In this document: piece by piece, positions 1 through 10,908 of the stretch
Layout of the letters: every line of letters starts with the position of its first letter
Position numbering within the stretch: position 1 is the stretch's first letter
Source of the DNA: an uncultured bacterium
Lineage (GTDB): Bacteria; Acidobacteriota; Thermoanaerobaculia; Multivoradales; JAHZIX01
Assembly: GCA_965368975.1 (NCBI GenBank)
Contig: CBDUPA010000008.1
Location: 192,001 to 256,000 of the forward strand
Length of the DNA stretch: 64,000 nucleotides
Direction of reading: 5' to 3'
Made by a program: the position numbers and the translations under genes
Notes under the pieces: generated by a model
Database searches by the model: none
Told to the model about the DNA's origin: nothing
Seen by the model: the letters and a program-made list of their open reading frames with translations, nothing else

Positions 1-185
1 ATGTCAGAGTGGGCCGGGTTGCTTTCTTCCAGGCCGCTTCCCTGCAGGCCGCTCTTCTCGAAGCTGTGATCGGCAGTGAAGGAGCTGGTGGCCGCGGGGT
101 CCGGCTGCGCTGCCAGCATGGCGAGGGTGACGACGGGTAGAAGGAGGCATCCTAGCACCGGTGTCCACCAGGAGCGAAGTCTCAT
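1..185 (-). CDS. 5' portion of a probable secreted protein; runs off the left edge
   Basis: Not in the ORF track. ATG at 185-183 overlaps the TGA of the ABC transporter (TGATG coupling). It reads MRLRSWWTPVLGCLLLPVVTLAMLAAQPDPAATSSF... with no stop to position 1; the N-terminus resembles a signal peptide. Confidence 0.55.
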   Translation of the reverse strand, partial: MRLRSWWTPVLGCLLLPVVTLAMLAAQPDPAATSSFTADHSFEKSGLQGSGLEESNPAHSD

Positions 186-2602
186 CAAGATTCCTCGGGC
201 AGGATGCGGTCTTCGCGCGACAGCTGGGCGGCGACCAGGCGGCTGTAGTGACCGTCTCCGCGCTCCAGCAATTCTTCGTGCGTGCCTTGCTCGACGACCT
301 CGCCCTCGTGCATGACCAGAATCAGGTCGGCCCGGCGCACGGTGCTGAGCCGGTGGGCGATGACGATGCGAGTGCAGCGCAGGGCCTGGAGTTCGGCGTG
401 GATGGAGGCCTCGGTGACGGCATCGAGTGCCGAGGTGGCTTCGTCGAGCAGTAGGATGGCCGGCTTGTGGACCAGCGCGCGGGCCAGCGCGATGCGTTGC
501 CGCTGACCACCGGAGAGCGAGGTACCGCCGTCGGCGAGTAGCGTCTCGTAGCCCATCGGCAGCGCCATGATGTCGTCGTGGATGTAGGCCAGTCGAGCGG
601 CATCCATGACCCGGTCGAGGGGCAGAGTCGGGTCGGCCATGGCGATGTTGGCGCGGATCGAGGTGCCGAAGAGGTAAGGCTGCTGCGACACGATGCCGAG
701 TTGGCTACGCACCGAGCGGAACTCCAAGCGTTCGAGGTCGACGCCATCGTAGTAGATCTTGCCGGAGGTGGGGATGAACAGGCCGAGCAGCAGGTTGGCC
801 AGGGTCGACTTGCCCGAGCCCGAGCGGCCGACGATGGCGACAAAGTCGCCGGGTTCGATCTTCAGGGCGACGTCGCGCACCACCATGGGTGCCATCGGGT
901 TGTAGCGGAAGCTGACACCTTCGAGACGGATCTGCCCGGCGACCTTGCCGGCGGGGGTGACCTCTTCGCGATCCTGTTCCTTGGGCGTGTCCAGGACGTC
1001 GTTGATACGGTCCAGGTAGCTTCCCATCAGCTGCAGCTGTGTGGCAGTGCCGACCAGCGTTGTCAACGGTGCCAGGAAGGAGCCGGCGAGGGCATTGGCG
1101 GCCAGCATGGTGCCCAGGGTCAGTTCGCCGTTGAGTACCAGGAAACCGCCGACGACGAGGATCAGCAGCGGTGAACCGGTGGCGAGGGCGGAGAGCGAAG
1201 AGTCGATCAGCGCGTTCAATCGACCGCGGTCGATGATCACGTTCAGCTCGTCGACGAAGAGGTTGGACCACAACTCGACGGAGCGCTTTTCGGTGCCGCT
1301 GGCCTTCAGCGTCTCGATGCCGGTGAGCAGTTGCACTTGGTAGCCACGTGACTTGGCCTCGGCTTGCAGCGCTTCGCTCATCAGGTCGCGCTGCTTTCTG
1401 CGCGTGAGCAGGAAGATGATCACGCGTAGCAGGCCCAGGCCGAGCACGACGGTCGCCATGGTGGTGCTGGTGATGTAGAGCACTACCAGGTAGAGGACGA
1501 CCATGAAGCCGTCGAGGATGCCGGAGATGGTGCCGGTGGTCAGGATCTCGCGGATCGTCGAGTTGCTGTTGAGGCGCATCAGCAGGTCACCGGCTGAGCG
1601 CTGCTGGAAGTAGGCGTAGGGCAGGTCGACGAGGTGGTCGAGGAAATCGAGGGTCAAGCGCGCGTCGAGCTGGGTACGCAGCTGTAGCAGCAGGTAGGAG
1701 CGGATCAGCGAGGTGACGAACTGGAAGCCGACGATGCCCACCAGGCCGGCGGCGATCACCAGCAGCAACTGCGTATCGCCGCGTGGAACCACGCGGTCGA
1801 CCAGCAGGCCGGTGAGAATGGGCAGGGCGAGCGCGAACAACTGCACCAGCACCGAGGTGACGATCACCCGTGACAGCACGCCGCTCTGCGCCAGGATCTG
1901 GCTCAGATAGCGCCACAGCCCTTTCTTGCGCGTGTCTTCGGGTTCGAAGTCGTCGCTCGGGTCGAAGACCAGGGCGACGCCGGTGAACTGGCGGCGTAGC
2001 GTTTCCTTGCTCACCTTACGGCGGCCGCCGGAGGGGTCGACGATCGTGGCCTTCTCGCCGTCCCAAGCCTCGAAGACCACGAAGTGCTGGAAGCCCCAAT
2101 GCAGGATCGACGCGCGGTCGAGGTACTGCAGGTCGTCGATCTCTTCGACCTTGACGCCACGGCCGCGCAGGCCGTACCAGCGGCCCACCCGCAGTAGCGT
2201 CAGGGCGTCGGCGCCGCGACTGCCGACGCCGGCCAGATTGCGCACTTCGTCGAGGTTGATCTGCTTGCCGTAGTAGGCCAGGACCATGGTCAGGCAGGCC
2301 GGACCGCAGTCGGCGGCGGCGGTCTGCTGCACGTACGGTACGCGCCGCTGGCTGCCCAGGCGCTTGACGTTGAGCAGGGCCGGGAAGCGGGCCAGCAAGG
2401 ACGCGGGCTTGGCCGCAGTGCTCGCGTCTGGATCGTTCAGGCCTACTTCGTCGTCTCCGTCGTCGTCGCGGTAGGCATTGCCGTGCGGGTCGGAGTCGGC
2501 GTCGAAGGTACCGCCCGGCACCATGCGGTTCGGCGCTTCGGTGTCGGCGCTGTTGCCGGTGCCGTCGTTCGGGGCCCGGTCGTGCGGGTTGCGCTCGCTC
2601 AT
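185..2602 (-). CDS. Peptidase-containing ABC transporter (C39 peptidase + ABC membrane domain + NBD), RiPP/bacteriocin-exporter type
   Basis: QQTAAADCGPACL (catalytic Cys), LHWGFQHFVV (His), IVDPS (Asp), about six TM helices, Walker A GRSGSGKST, signature LSGGQRQR, Walker B LLLDEATSALD, H-loop IAHRLST. Confidence 0.95.
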   Translation of the reverse strand: MSERNPHDRAPNDGTGNSADTEAPNRMVPGGTFDADSDPHGNAYRDDDGDDEVGLNDPDASTAAKPASLLARFPALLNVKRLGSQRRVPYVQQTAAADCGPACLTMVLAYYGKQINLDEVRNLAGVGSRGADALTLLRVGRWYGLRGRGVKVEEIDDLQYLDRASILHWGFQHFVVFEAWDGEKATIVDPSGGRRKVSKETLRRQFTGVALVFDPSDDFEPEDTRKKGLWRYLSQILAQSGVLSRVIVTSVLVQLFALALPILTGLLVDRVVPRGDTQLLLVIAAGLVGIVGFQFVTSLIRSYLLLQLRTQLDARLTLDFLDHLVDLPYAYFQQRSAGDLLMRLNSNSTIREILTTGTISGILDGFMVVLYLVVLYITSTTMATVVLGLGLLRVIIFLLTRRKQRDLMSEALQAEAKSRGYQVQLLTGIETLKASGTEKRSVELWSNLFVDELNVIIDRGRLNALIDSSLSALATGSPLLILVVGGFLVLNGELTLGTMLAANALAGSFLAPLTTLVGTATQLQLMGSYLDRINDVLDTPKEQDREEVTPAGKVAGQIRLEGVSFRYNPMAPMVVRDVALKIEPGDFVAIVGRSGSGKSTLANLLLGLFIPTSGKIYYDGVDLERLEFRSVRSQLGIVSQQPYLFGTSIRANIAMADPTLPLDRVMDAARLAYIHDDIMALPMGYETLLADGGTSLSGGQRQRIALARALVHKPAILLLDEATSALDAVTEASIHAELQALRCTRIVIAHRLSTVRRADLILVMHEGEVVEQGTHEELLERGDGHYSRLVAAQLSREDRILPEES

Positions 2603-2617
2603 GCGTCTACCGGGCCT

Positions 2618-4618
2618 TCAGTTCTGCCGCAGGGCCTTGAGGCCCGGGACGAGGGTGAGCAGGATGGGTTCGGAACGCACACGTACCTCGGCGGTGCCGT
2701 GCATGCCGTCGTGGAACTCGTAGATCTCACCGTCACTCTCGAACTGCGTCGACTCCAGCCGTGCTTCGACCAGGATGACTGGGCCCAGGATCGGCAGCGC
2801 CTCGGCGATTGCCGGTCCGAGCGCGCGCCGCGCCTCGGAAGGACCGATGACCTGCTCGCTGACCGTCTCGACGACCAGGTGCTGGTAGGTGTAGGCGTAG
2901 CCGGACAGTTCCATGCGCAGCGGTTGGCCGGGACGGATCAACGGGCGGTACTGGCCGGGCAGCAGCGCCGTCAGGTAGAGCTGCTGCGCGTGGCGGCGCA
3001 GCGATAGCAGGAGCTGGCCCGGGCTGACGAACTGGCTGGCACGGATGCGAACGTCGCTGACCACGCCGTCGTGCGGCGCGCGCACGGAGCGATCGGCGAG
3101 GCGGGATTGAGCCAGGTCGAGCTGTGACTGCAAGGCCAGCAGGCTGCGCTCGGTGGACACGTCGGCCGGGTTGCGCAGCCGGTTGAGCAGTTGCAGGCGG
3201 ATTTCCTTCTCGATGCGTTCGAGATCCGCCAGCTCTTGTGAGCTGTAGAAGGTCACCAGCAGATCGCCGGCGCGCACGGCCTGGCCGGCTTCGACCTCGA
3301 CGGAAGTGACGGTGCCGGAAATCGGCGCGGTGAGCTCGGCCTGACCGGCGGCGCGGATCACGGCCGGCCCCGAAGCGTACTCGTTGATGCGCCCGATCAG
3401 GCTGTAGGCGAAGGCGACGACCAGCACGGCGAGCAGGACCCAGTAGACCCAGCGTGTCCACGACGGCGAGATGCGCAGCAGGTCGCCCTGGTCGCGCAGG
3501 CCAGCCTGGTGGTGGGCTAGGGCTTCTTCGCGGAAGACGCTGTCGCTGCCCGAACGCAGGCGAGCCTTGCGGGCCAGTCCGACCATGCGCGGTGCGAACT
3601 GGTCGGCGAGAAGCTCCAGGCGGCGCTGCTCGCTGGCGGTGAACACGGGGCGCGAGGCGTGGCGCACCGCTACCAAGACGGCGAGTACGTGGACGTCGTC
3701 GGCGCCGGGACTGCCGATCTCGGTGTTGCCGGTCTGGGGCGCCAGGATCGGCACCGCCAGGAAGTGCTCGTCTGGCTTGCCGTCCGGGTTGTCGGCTTCT
3801 TCGTCGAAGCGCGGATCGTCGCCCACTTGCTCGCGACGGATCGCGTTTCCGGTGCGCGCCACGAAGCTGACCAGGCCGGCGGCGGCGCTCTCGCGTTCGT
3901 CGCTGTCGGCGCGTAGCGGCGACCACAAGCTCTCGCTGGCGGCGTCGTAGAACAGCAACCAGGCGCGCTGTGCCTCGACCAGTTCCTCGATCGCCTCGAC
4001 CGCCAGGCCTTCGGCGCCCTTGAGGTCGCTCTCGGCGGCCATCAGCTGACTGTGGTGCAGGATACGGTCGAGATAGCGGTCGTCAGCGCTGACCACGATC
4101 TGTTCCCGCGGGCCGCTGCCGGTCGCCAGCTTGCGTCGATGGTGTGCCAGGGCACTGGTCAGCAGCGGCGCAAGCTCGTCGAGGGCGAGCGTACGGCGGC
4201 TGAGGTAGAAGAGCTGGTCCTGGTCGATGAACTCCTGGAAGCGTTCGAGGTGCTCGCCGGCTTCCAGCACCAGTTGGCTGCGCGCCGCGTCCGGATACTT
4301 CTCGACCGCCTCGCTGAGCGCCCTGTGGGCCGTCTCGTTGGCGGCGCCGGGGCCCAGGCACAGCACGGATGCCGGTGCACGGGCCAATTCGGCGAGCATG
4401 GCCGGGACGTCCTCGACGCAGCGTAGCCAGTCTTGCGGCGCTGCATGCTGGGCTGCCTTGTAGGCCGCATTGCTCGGCAGAATTTCGCTCAGCTGAGCTA
4501 CCGTTGCGCTGTCGAATCCGACCAGCAGCAGGGACGGTGTGGGCAAGGCGGCGGTGTCGAGGTCGGCGACCTGAGGTAGAGCCATGAGTTTGGGCTGGGT
4601 TTCGAGCCGTGCGGTCAA
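2618..4618 (-). CDS. HlyD-family membrane fusion protein fused to N-terminal degenerate receiver-like and GAF domains
   Basis: C-terminal SVFREEAL, TM helix, ELTAPISGTVTSVEV and VRAPHDGVVSDVRI hairpin/lipoyl motifs. Central GAF-like segment (GLVSFVARTG...DPRFD...FLAVPI...LAVLVAVR...FT...LELLA). Start is TTG at 4618 or ATG at 4585. Confidence 0.85.
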   Translation of the reverse strand: MTARLETQPKLMALPQVADLDTAALPTPSLLLVGFDSATVAQLSEILPSNAAYKAAQHAAPQDWLRCVEDVPAMLAELARAPASVLCLGPGAANETAHRALSEAVEKYPDAARSQLVLEAGEHLERFQEFIDQDQLFYLSRRTLALDELAPLLTSALAHHRRKLATGSGPREQIVVSADDRYLDRILHHSQLMAAESDLKGAEGLAVEAIEELVEAQRAWLLFYDAASESLWSPLRADSDERESAAAGLVSFVARTGNAIRREQVGDDPRFDEEADNPDGKPDEHFLAVPILAPQTGNTEIGSPGADDVHVLAVLVAVRHASRPVFTASEQRRLELLADQFAPRMVGLARKARLRSGSDSVFREEALAHHQAGLRDQGDLLRISPSWTRWVYWVLLAVLVVAFAYSLIGRINEYASGPAVIRAAGQAELTAPISGTVTSVEVEAGQAVRAGDLLVTFYSSQELADLERIEKEIRLQLLNRLRNPADVSTERSLLALQSQLDLAQSRLADRSVRAPHDGVVSDVRIRASQFVSPGQLLLSLRRHAQQLYLTALLPGQYRPLIRPGQPLRMELSGYAYTYQHLVVETVSEQVIGPSEARRALGPAIAEALPILGPVILVEARLESTQFESDGEIYEFHDGMHGTAEVRVRSEPILLTLVPGLKALRQN

Positions 4619-4657
4619 GAGAATGAAAGTAGCAATGGAGGTGGTCCGCGGTCAAGG

Positions 4658-4673
4658 TGGCACATGCTTGGCA
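4658..4673 (+). promoter_or_regulatory. Candidate sigma-54 (-24/-12) promoter
   Basis: TGGCACATGCTTGGCA has GG-N10-GC spacing with a perfect TGGCAC element, about 45 nt upstream of the ATG at 4718 in a divergent intergenic region. Confidence 0.45.
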
Positions 4674-4717
4674 ACTTACGTTGCGCGGGCGCGTAGGTTC
4701 CCTCTAATCTAACCACC

Positions 4718-5653
4718 ATGAGAATCACTTCGCGTCCCACTGTGCATCGTCTCCTCTGGCTTGGCGGCGGTATCTTGATCGCCTGGGCTGGCCTTTCCAT
4801 CTGGACCTGGGTCTTCGAGCCGCGCACCGACCTGCCACCGCAGCCGGATGAAGCGCAGGCGGAGAGCCTCGCCGAGGCCGTGCCGCAGCAGGAATCCGTT
4901 GCCGGGGGCGGGCCGTATGTCGGCGTGGTGCTGGCGCGCCAGGAGGTCGAGGTGGCGGCGGAGAGCCAGGGGCAGCTCGAACGCGTGTACGTGCGCGTCG
5001 GCGACGTCGTGACCAGCGGCCAGCGGCTGGCGTCCCTCGATACGCGCGAGCTGCAGCATCAGTTGGCGATCGAGCGGGCCAATCTGCAAGCCGCACAGGC
5101 CGAGCAGCGACGTTTGTCGCTCAGTGTGTCGCAGGCCGAGGGTGAATACGCGCGGCGTCAGCAGCTCAGGGATGTGGTGTCGGCGGAGGAGATCGAAGCC
5201 GCCGCCTTTGCTCGTGACACCGCCATCGCGGCGCGCGAAGCGGCCGAAGCGCGCGAGACGGAGGTCCAGGCGCGCATCAGCCAGCTGCAGGAGCGTCTGG
5301 CGCGTTCCGAGATCCGAGCGCCCTACGCCGGGACCATTGCCCTGCGTCTCCTGGACGAGGGGTCCTTGGTCGGTCCCGGGACGCCGGTGGTGCGGCTGAT
5401 CAGCTCCGGTGACTTGCTGCTGCGCTTTGCCGTCCCGCCGGAAGAAGCGGACGCACTGAAGCTTGGTACGCGGGTCGAAGCACGGCTGGACGGCCTGCCG
5501 CTGACGCTGCACGGTACCGTCGAGCACTTGGCGCCGGAGATCGACCTGGCGTCGCAGCTGGTGTTCGTCGAGGCACGGGTCGAGGAGACGTTGGACGGGC
5601 AGCGCTTCCCGGCCGGCGCCGCGGCCGAAGTGCGCATCGTGGACGCGGGGTGA
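4718..5653 (+). CDS. Efflux RND/ABC periplasmic adaptor subunit (MFP)
   Basis: N-terminal TM, VAAESQGQLERVYVRVGDVVTSGQRLASLD, coiled coil, EIRAPYAGTI...EGSLVGPGTPVVRL. Confidence 0.88.
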   Translation: MRITSRPTVHRLLWLGGGILIAWAGLSIWTWVFEPRTDLPPQPDEAQAESLAEAVPQQESVAGGGPYVGVVLARQEVEVAAESQGQLERVYVRVGDVVTSGQRLASLDTRELQHQLAIERANLQAAQAEQRRLSLSVSQAEGEYARRQQLRDVVSAEEIEAAAFARDTAIAAREAAEARETEVQARISQLQERLARSEIRAPYAGTIALRLLDEGSLVGPGTPVVRLISSGDLLLRFAVPPEEADALKLGTRVEARLDGLPLTLHGTVEHLAPEIDLASQLVFVEARVEETLDGQRFPAGAAAEVRIVDAG

Positions 5654-6517
5654 CTAGAAGTTGACTACCAGCGATGCGGTGGTCGTGGTGTCGCGCTTCT
5701 CGGCCTGGTCCGCCGGGTGGTTGTCGTAACGCAGCTGGTAGCCGAGCTTGAGTGCCAGGCGCTGGGTCAGGCTAGTGGTCAAGGCAGTTTCGGCGGTCAG
5801 GCGCCAGTCGTCGCTGTTGTCGAAGTTGGGGTGGTAGACCGCGCGTTGGATGAACTTGGTCCCTTCGTTGACGTGCCACACGTAGGCGAAGCCGGCGAGA
5901 GCACCTAGATAGCTGGTTTCAGTGCGGTCGACGAAGTCTTCTTCGGTGAAGGTCGCACCCAGTTCGAAGATCAGCTCGTGCACCGGGCCGGTGAGCAGCT
6001 TGTACAGGCTGCCGGCCTCGACGACGCTGCGCAGGTCGAAGCCGGCGTACTCGTCGCGCTCGGCATTGACGCCAGCGAACAGCGACCAAGGCTCGGAAAG
6101 GCTGCGCTCGCCGCGCAGGCTGGTGAAGTAACGCTCAGCGGTCTCCTCGCCGTTCTCTTCCGTGCGTTGGAACCGTGCCCTGAGGACTAAGCCCCAGGGT
6201 TCAGGTCGACGCTGTAGGTCGAACTCCAGGCCCAGGCTCTCGGTCTCGGAGTTGCCGCTCACCGACAGGTACGAGAGTCCGAGCTCACCCTTCCAATCGG
6301 GTTCTGCGGGTTCTTCCTCGGCAGCGGTCGGGTCGGTCAAGGCTTCTTCAGCCAACGCCTCTGCGGCATCAGCAGGGAGCGCCGGTTCCTGCGCGATCGC
6401 TACAGGACTGGCCGCTACAGGGCTGGCCGCTACAGGACTGGCCAAGGACACCGCCAGCAGGGTGCTGAGGAGGGAAGGGAAGATGAGATGGGGGAGTGAG
6501 TTTCGCATGGCGCGCAT
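5654..6517 (-). CDS. DUF481 (YdiY-like) outer-membrane beta-barrel protein
   Basis: Signal peptide, WKGELGLSYLSVSGNSET motif, amphipathic strands, C-terminal Phe (LVVNF). Start 6517 or 6508. Confidence 0.85.
   Translation of the reverse strand: MRAMRNSLPHLIFPSLLSTLLAVSLASPVAASPVAASPVAIAQEPALPADAAEALAEEALTDPTAAEEEPAEPDWKGELGLSYLSVSGNSETESLGLEFDLQRRPEPWGLVLRARFQRTEENGEETAERYFTSLRGERSLSEPWSLFAGVNAERDEYAGFDLRSVVEAGSLYKLLTGPVHELIFELGATFTEEDFVDRTETSYLGALAGFAYVWHVNEGTKFIQRAVYHPNFDNSDDWRLTAETALTTSLTQRLALKLGYQLRYDNHPADQAEKRDTTTTASLVVNF
6398..6442. repeat. In-frame 15-bp tandem repeat x3 (ASPVA)
   Basis: cgctacaggactggc / cgctacagggctggc / cgctacaggactggc. Confidence 0.9.
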
Positions 6518-6668
6518 TGTAAGAGACTCGAAGGTCAAAGCAAGCTCTCGAGGAGGGAGTGGTTGCACCCGTTGCCGAGGTCGGCTAGGGTCGACTCGCC
6601 GTCCCGTTGACAGCCGTTGAGAGTCGGTGCTTTCGCCGCGGGCGGGATCTTACCTGGAGGAGAAGAGC

Positions 6669-7154
6669 ATGCCAGTTTCTGCTGATCACTTTCGTGACGC
6701 CCTGCGCTTGTTCGCCGCCGGGGTGACCCTTGTCACCACCCGCCGTGGCGAGCGCATTCACGGTCTGACCGTTTCGGCCTTCGCGTCGGTGTCGACCGAT
6801 CCGCCGCTGATCTCGGTGATGATCGACCACAAGCACACCATGCACCCGTTGCTCGAAGATGGCACCGCACCCTTCGCGGTCAACATCCTGGGCCACGAGC
6901 AGGAAGAGCTGTCCAACCGCTTCGCGTTCAAGCCCGAGGCCGAGCGCTTCCAGGAAGGAAACTGGGGGCAGGCGGTCACTGGTGCGCCGATCCTGGAAGA
7001 TGCCCTGGCCTGGCTCGACTGTACGGTCTTCGCGCGCCACCCGGCGGGCAGCCACTCGATGTACATCGGTGAAGTTCAGGCTGCTCATTCGGCCGATCCC
7101 GAGCGCAATCCGCTCATCTACTGGAATCGCGGGTATCGCCAGCTCTCGAGCTAG
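6669..7154 (+). CDS. Flavin reductase family protein
   Basis: FRDALRLFAAGVTLVTT...GLTVSAFASVSTDPPL...GSHSMYIGEV...PLIYWNRGY; GGAGG RBS upstream. Confidence 0.93.
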   Translation: MPVSADHFRDALRLFAAGVTLVTTRRGERIHGLTVSAFASVSTDPPLISVMIDHKHTMHPLLEDGTAPFAVNILGHEQEELSNRFAFKPEAERFQEGNWGQAVTGAPILEDALAWLDCTVFARHPAGSHSMYIGEVQAAHSADPERNPLIYWNRGYRQLSS

Positions 7155-7202
7155 TTCCGCGAGCCTTCCGTAGCAACTCGCGGGTGGACGGACGGGCTCA
7201 GC

Positions 7203-8753
<1,551 letters not shown>

Positions 8754-8800
8754 GCGTTGGTTTCCGGGATAGGGGGTCCAGGGTGGAGGGGTACGGCGCT

Positions 8801-8890
8801 CGGGAAGACGGTGCTTCGGGAAGACGGTGCTTCGGGAAGACGGTGCTTCGGGAAGACGGTGCTTCGGGAAGACGGTGCTACGGGAAGACG
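8801..8890. repeat. Intergenic 16-bp tandem repeat (CGGGAAGACGGTGCTT), about 5.6 copies
   Basis: Four identical units at 8801-8864, a fifth with one mismatch (8865-8880) and a partial sixth; no spacers. Confidence 0.95.
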
Positions 8891-8894
8891 TGTT

Positions 8895-10901
8895 TCAGGA
8901 AGAGGGGACGGAGCCCGTCCCGGCCCTTGTCTGCGCCAGACCTGGCAGTTCGGAGATGGTCGTCAGTAGGTCTTGGGCGGAGTAGGGCTTGGTCAGGATG
9001 GGGTGGCCATCCTGGCGGATCGAGACGATCTCGCGGCCGTCGGCGTAGCCCGTGCTGACCACGACTGGCAGGCCTGGACGGGCTTTCTGCAACTCGCGGT
9101 ATAGCTGACCCCCCTCGGCGTCGGGCAGGATCATGTCGAGCACCACCAGCTGTGGCCACCCCGGTTCCGCTTGCAGCAAGCGCCGCATCTCCTCGCCGGT
9201 GGCTGCCAGGCGCGTCTCGAAGCCGCTACGCTGCAGTATCCGGTGCAGCCATTCGAGCGTCAGGTCTTCGTCTTCGACCACCAGCACTCGTCCCTTCGAC
9301 GCGGTCTCGGGTTCGGTGACCTGGCGTGGCTGCGGCACATCGACTTCGGTGGCCGGCAAGCGTAGCTCGACCGTCGTGCCCTGGCCGATGGCCGACTCGA
9401 TGTGCAGGCTACCACCAGCCGCCGTGGCGATGCTCTTGGCGACCGCCAGCCCGAGCCCGACGCCGAGGCCTCTGGGTTTGGTGGTGACAAAGGGCTCCGT
9501 GGCTCGGTGCAGCACGTCGCCGGTCATGCCGACGCCGGTGTCGCGCACCGCCAGCACGGTGTCTCGACCGCCACCTCGATGGTCATCGTCTCGACGGGTG
9601 CCCAGCCGCACCTGGATACCCTGCCCGGGGTGACTGGCATCTCGGGCGTTGAGCAGGAGGTTGATCAGAGCCAGGCGCAGCTGTTCGGGATCGGCGACGA
9701 CCGGTGCGCACGGTTCGAGGGCCAGCTCCAACGGGCGGTCGCGTCCGACGGTACTCTCGAGCAGTGGCCACCAGGCGACGATCCGCTGGCGCAAGTCGAA
9801 GCGTCTCGGCTCGGTCGGCTGGGCCTGGGCGAAGGTCAGCAGCTGCCGTGCCAGCTTGGAGCCGCGGTCGAGGGCATCCGCGGCGGCCGCACGTGCCCGC
9901 TCGCATGTTGACTCGTCGGAGTCACCGGTGAGGCTCTCGAGACTGGCAGAGAGGATCTGCATCAGATTGTTGTACTCGTGTGCCACCGACGCGGAGATGC
10001 GCCCCAGCGCCTCGGTCTGGCGCACGTCTTCGAGTATCTGGCGGGCCTGCAGGCTCGACTCGAGGTTGCCGCAGCTGACGGCGATGGCACGCACCGGACC
10101 GCCATCGCTGGGGGGAATCGGCCGCAGGTCGATGCGCCAGAACTGGTGGTCGAGTTCGGTCAGGCCGGCAAAGGACGGGCGCAGTCCCTCGAAGATGTCG
10201 ACCATGGCCAGGCACAGATCCTTGGCTCGGCTGGAACGTTGCAGCAAGTCGAACAACCAAGCCTGGTGATCTCGGTCGGCGAGTTCGACCAAGGTGGAGT
10301 TGCTGTCGAAGACCATCAGGCTGCGGTCGACCGCCAGCAACAGGCCTGGAGCAGCATCGAGCATGGTGCGCAGTCTTGGCTCGGCTGCGGAGGCTTGGGA
10401 CGGCCAGGCCGCTTCCGAAGTGTCCGGCAGCAGGCTGACACACTCATCGGTCAGGGCCTTGGCGGCCGCTTGCTCATCGGCGCTCCAGGTGTGCGGCTGT
10501 TGGAAGCTGAAGATGGTCACACCGACGCCGCGACCGTCGACCACCAGCGGCGTATAGAGGCAGGCGCTGAGCCCATAGCGCTCGCGGGCGACGCGGGCGA
10601 CACGCTCGTCGTCCAACGCGTTGTCGACCGCCACCGTCTTCTGGTCGCGGATCGCATGGAAGGCACCTGGCGCGGCGGTCACGTCGAGGCCGTAAGCCAG
10701 GTGCGTGGCTCGGAAGCCGTGCGAAATCGCCTGGCAGATCAGGCGTCGACGATCCGCGGACAGGAGGTGGATGCAGACGTTGTCGCAACCGAGACTGCGC
10801 TGGGCCTCCTGAGTCCAGTGCAGCAGTCGCTCGACCGCCGAGTTGGTGAGCAACGGTTGCGGATCAGGGGGATGAGAACGCTTCGAAACCATGTCAGGCA
10901 T
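8895..10901 (-). CDS. Hybrid sensor histidine kinase (GAF-PAS-HisKA-HATPase-REC)
   Basis: H-box SVAHEYNNLM, N-box LINLLLNARDA, G-boxes DTGVGM/FVTTK/GVGLGL, receiver VLVVEDE...LVVLDMILP...KPY. Confidence 0.93.
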   Translation of the reverse strand: MPDMVSKRSHPPDPQPLLTNSAVERLLHWTQEAQRSLGCDNVCIHLLSADRRRLICQAISHGFRATHLAYGLDVTAAPGAFHAIRDQKTVAVDNALDDERVARVARERYGLSACLYTPLVVDGRGVGVTIFSFQQPHTWSADEQAAAKALTDECVSLLPDTSEAAWPSQASAAEPRLRTMLDAAPGLLLAVDRSLMVFDSNSTLVELADRDHQAWLFDLLQRSSRAKDLCLAMVDIFEGLRPSFAGLTELDHQFWRIDLRPIPPSDGGPVRAIAVSCGNLESSLQARQILEDVRQTEALGRISASVAHEYNNLMQILSASLESLTGDSDESTCERARAAAADALDRGSKLARQLLTFAQAQPTEPRRFDLRQRIVAWWPLLESTVGRDRPLELALEPCAPVVADPEQLRLALINLLLNARDASHPGQGIQVRLGTRRDDDHRGGGRDTVLAVRDTGVGMTGDVLHRATEPFVTTKPRGLGVGLGLAVAKSIATAAGGSLHIESAIGQGTTVELRLPATEVDVPQPRQVTEPETASKGRVLVVEDEDLTLEWLHRILQRSGFETRLAATGEEMRRLLQAEPGWPQLVVLDMILPDAEGGQLYRELQKARPGLPVVVSTGYADGREIVSIRQDGHPILTKPYSAQDLLTTISELPGLAQTRAGTGSVPSS

Positions 10902-10908
10902 CCCGCGG

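Noticed and set aside
4615-4827. 70-aa ORF as the RiPP precursor for the C39 exporter
   Set aside because: It overlaps the adaptor gene on the opposite strand and has no double-glycine leader or core-like composition.
7157-7183. CCGCGAG...CTCGCGG hairpin between convergent genes as a terminator
   Set aside because: Short stem, long loop and no U-tract; too weak to call.
8801-8890. Possible CRISPR array
   Set aside because: Units are 16 bp and directly abutting with no spacers, and there are no cas genes in the window.
8754-8894. Purine riboswitch upstream of guaA
   Set aside because: No recognisable aptamer core; the region is mostly tandem repeat.
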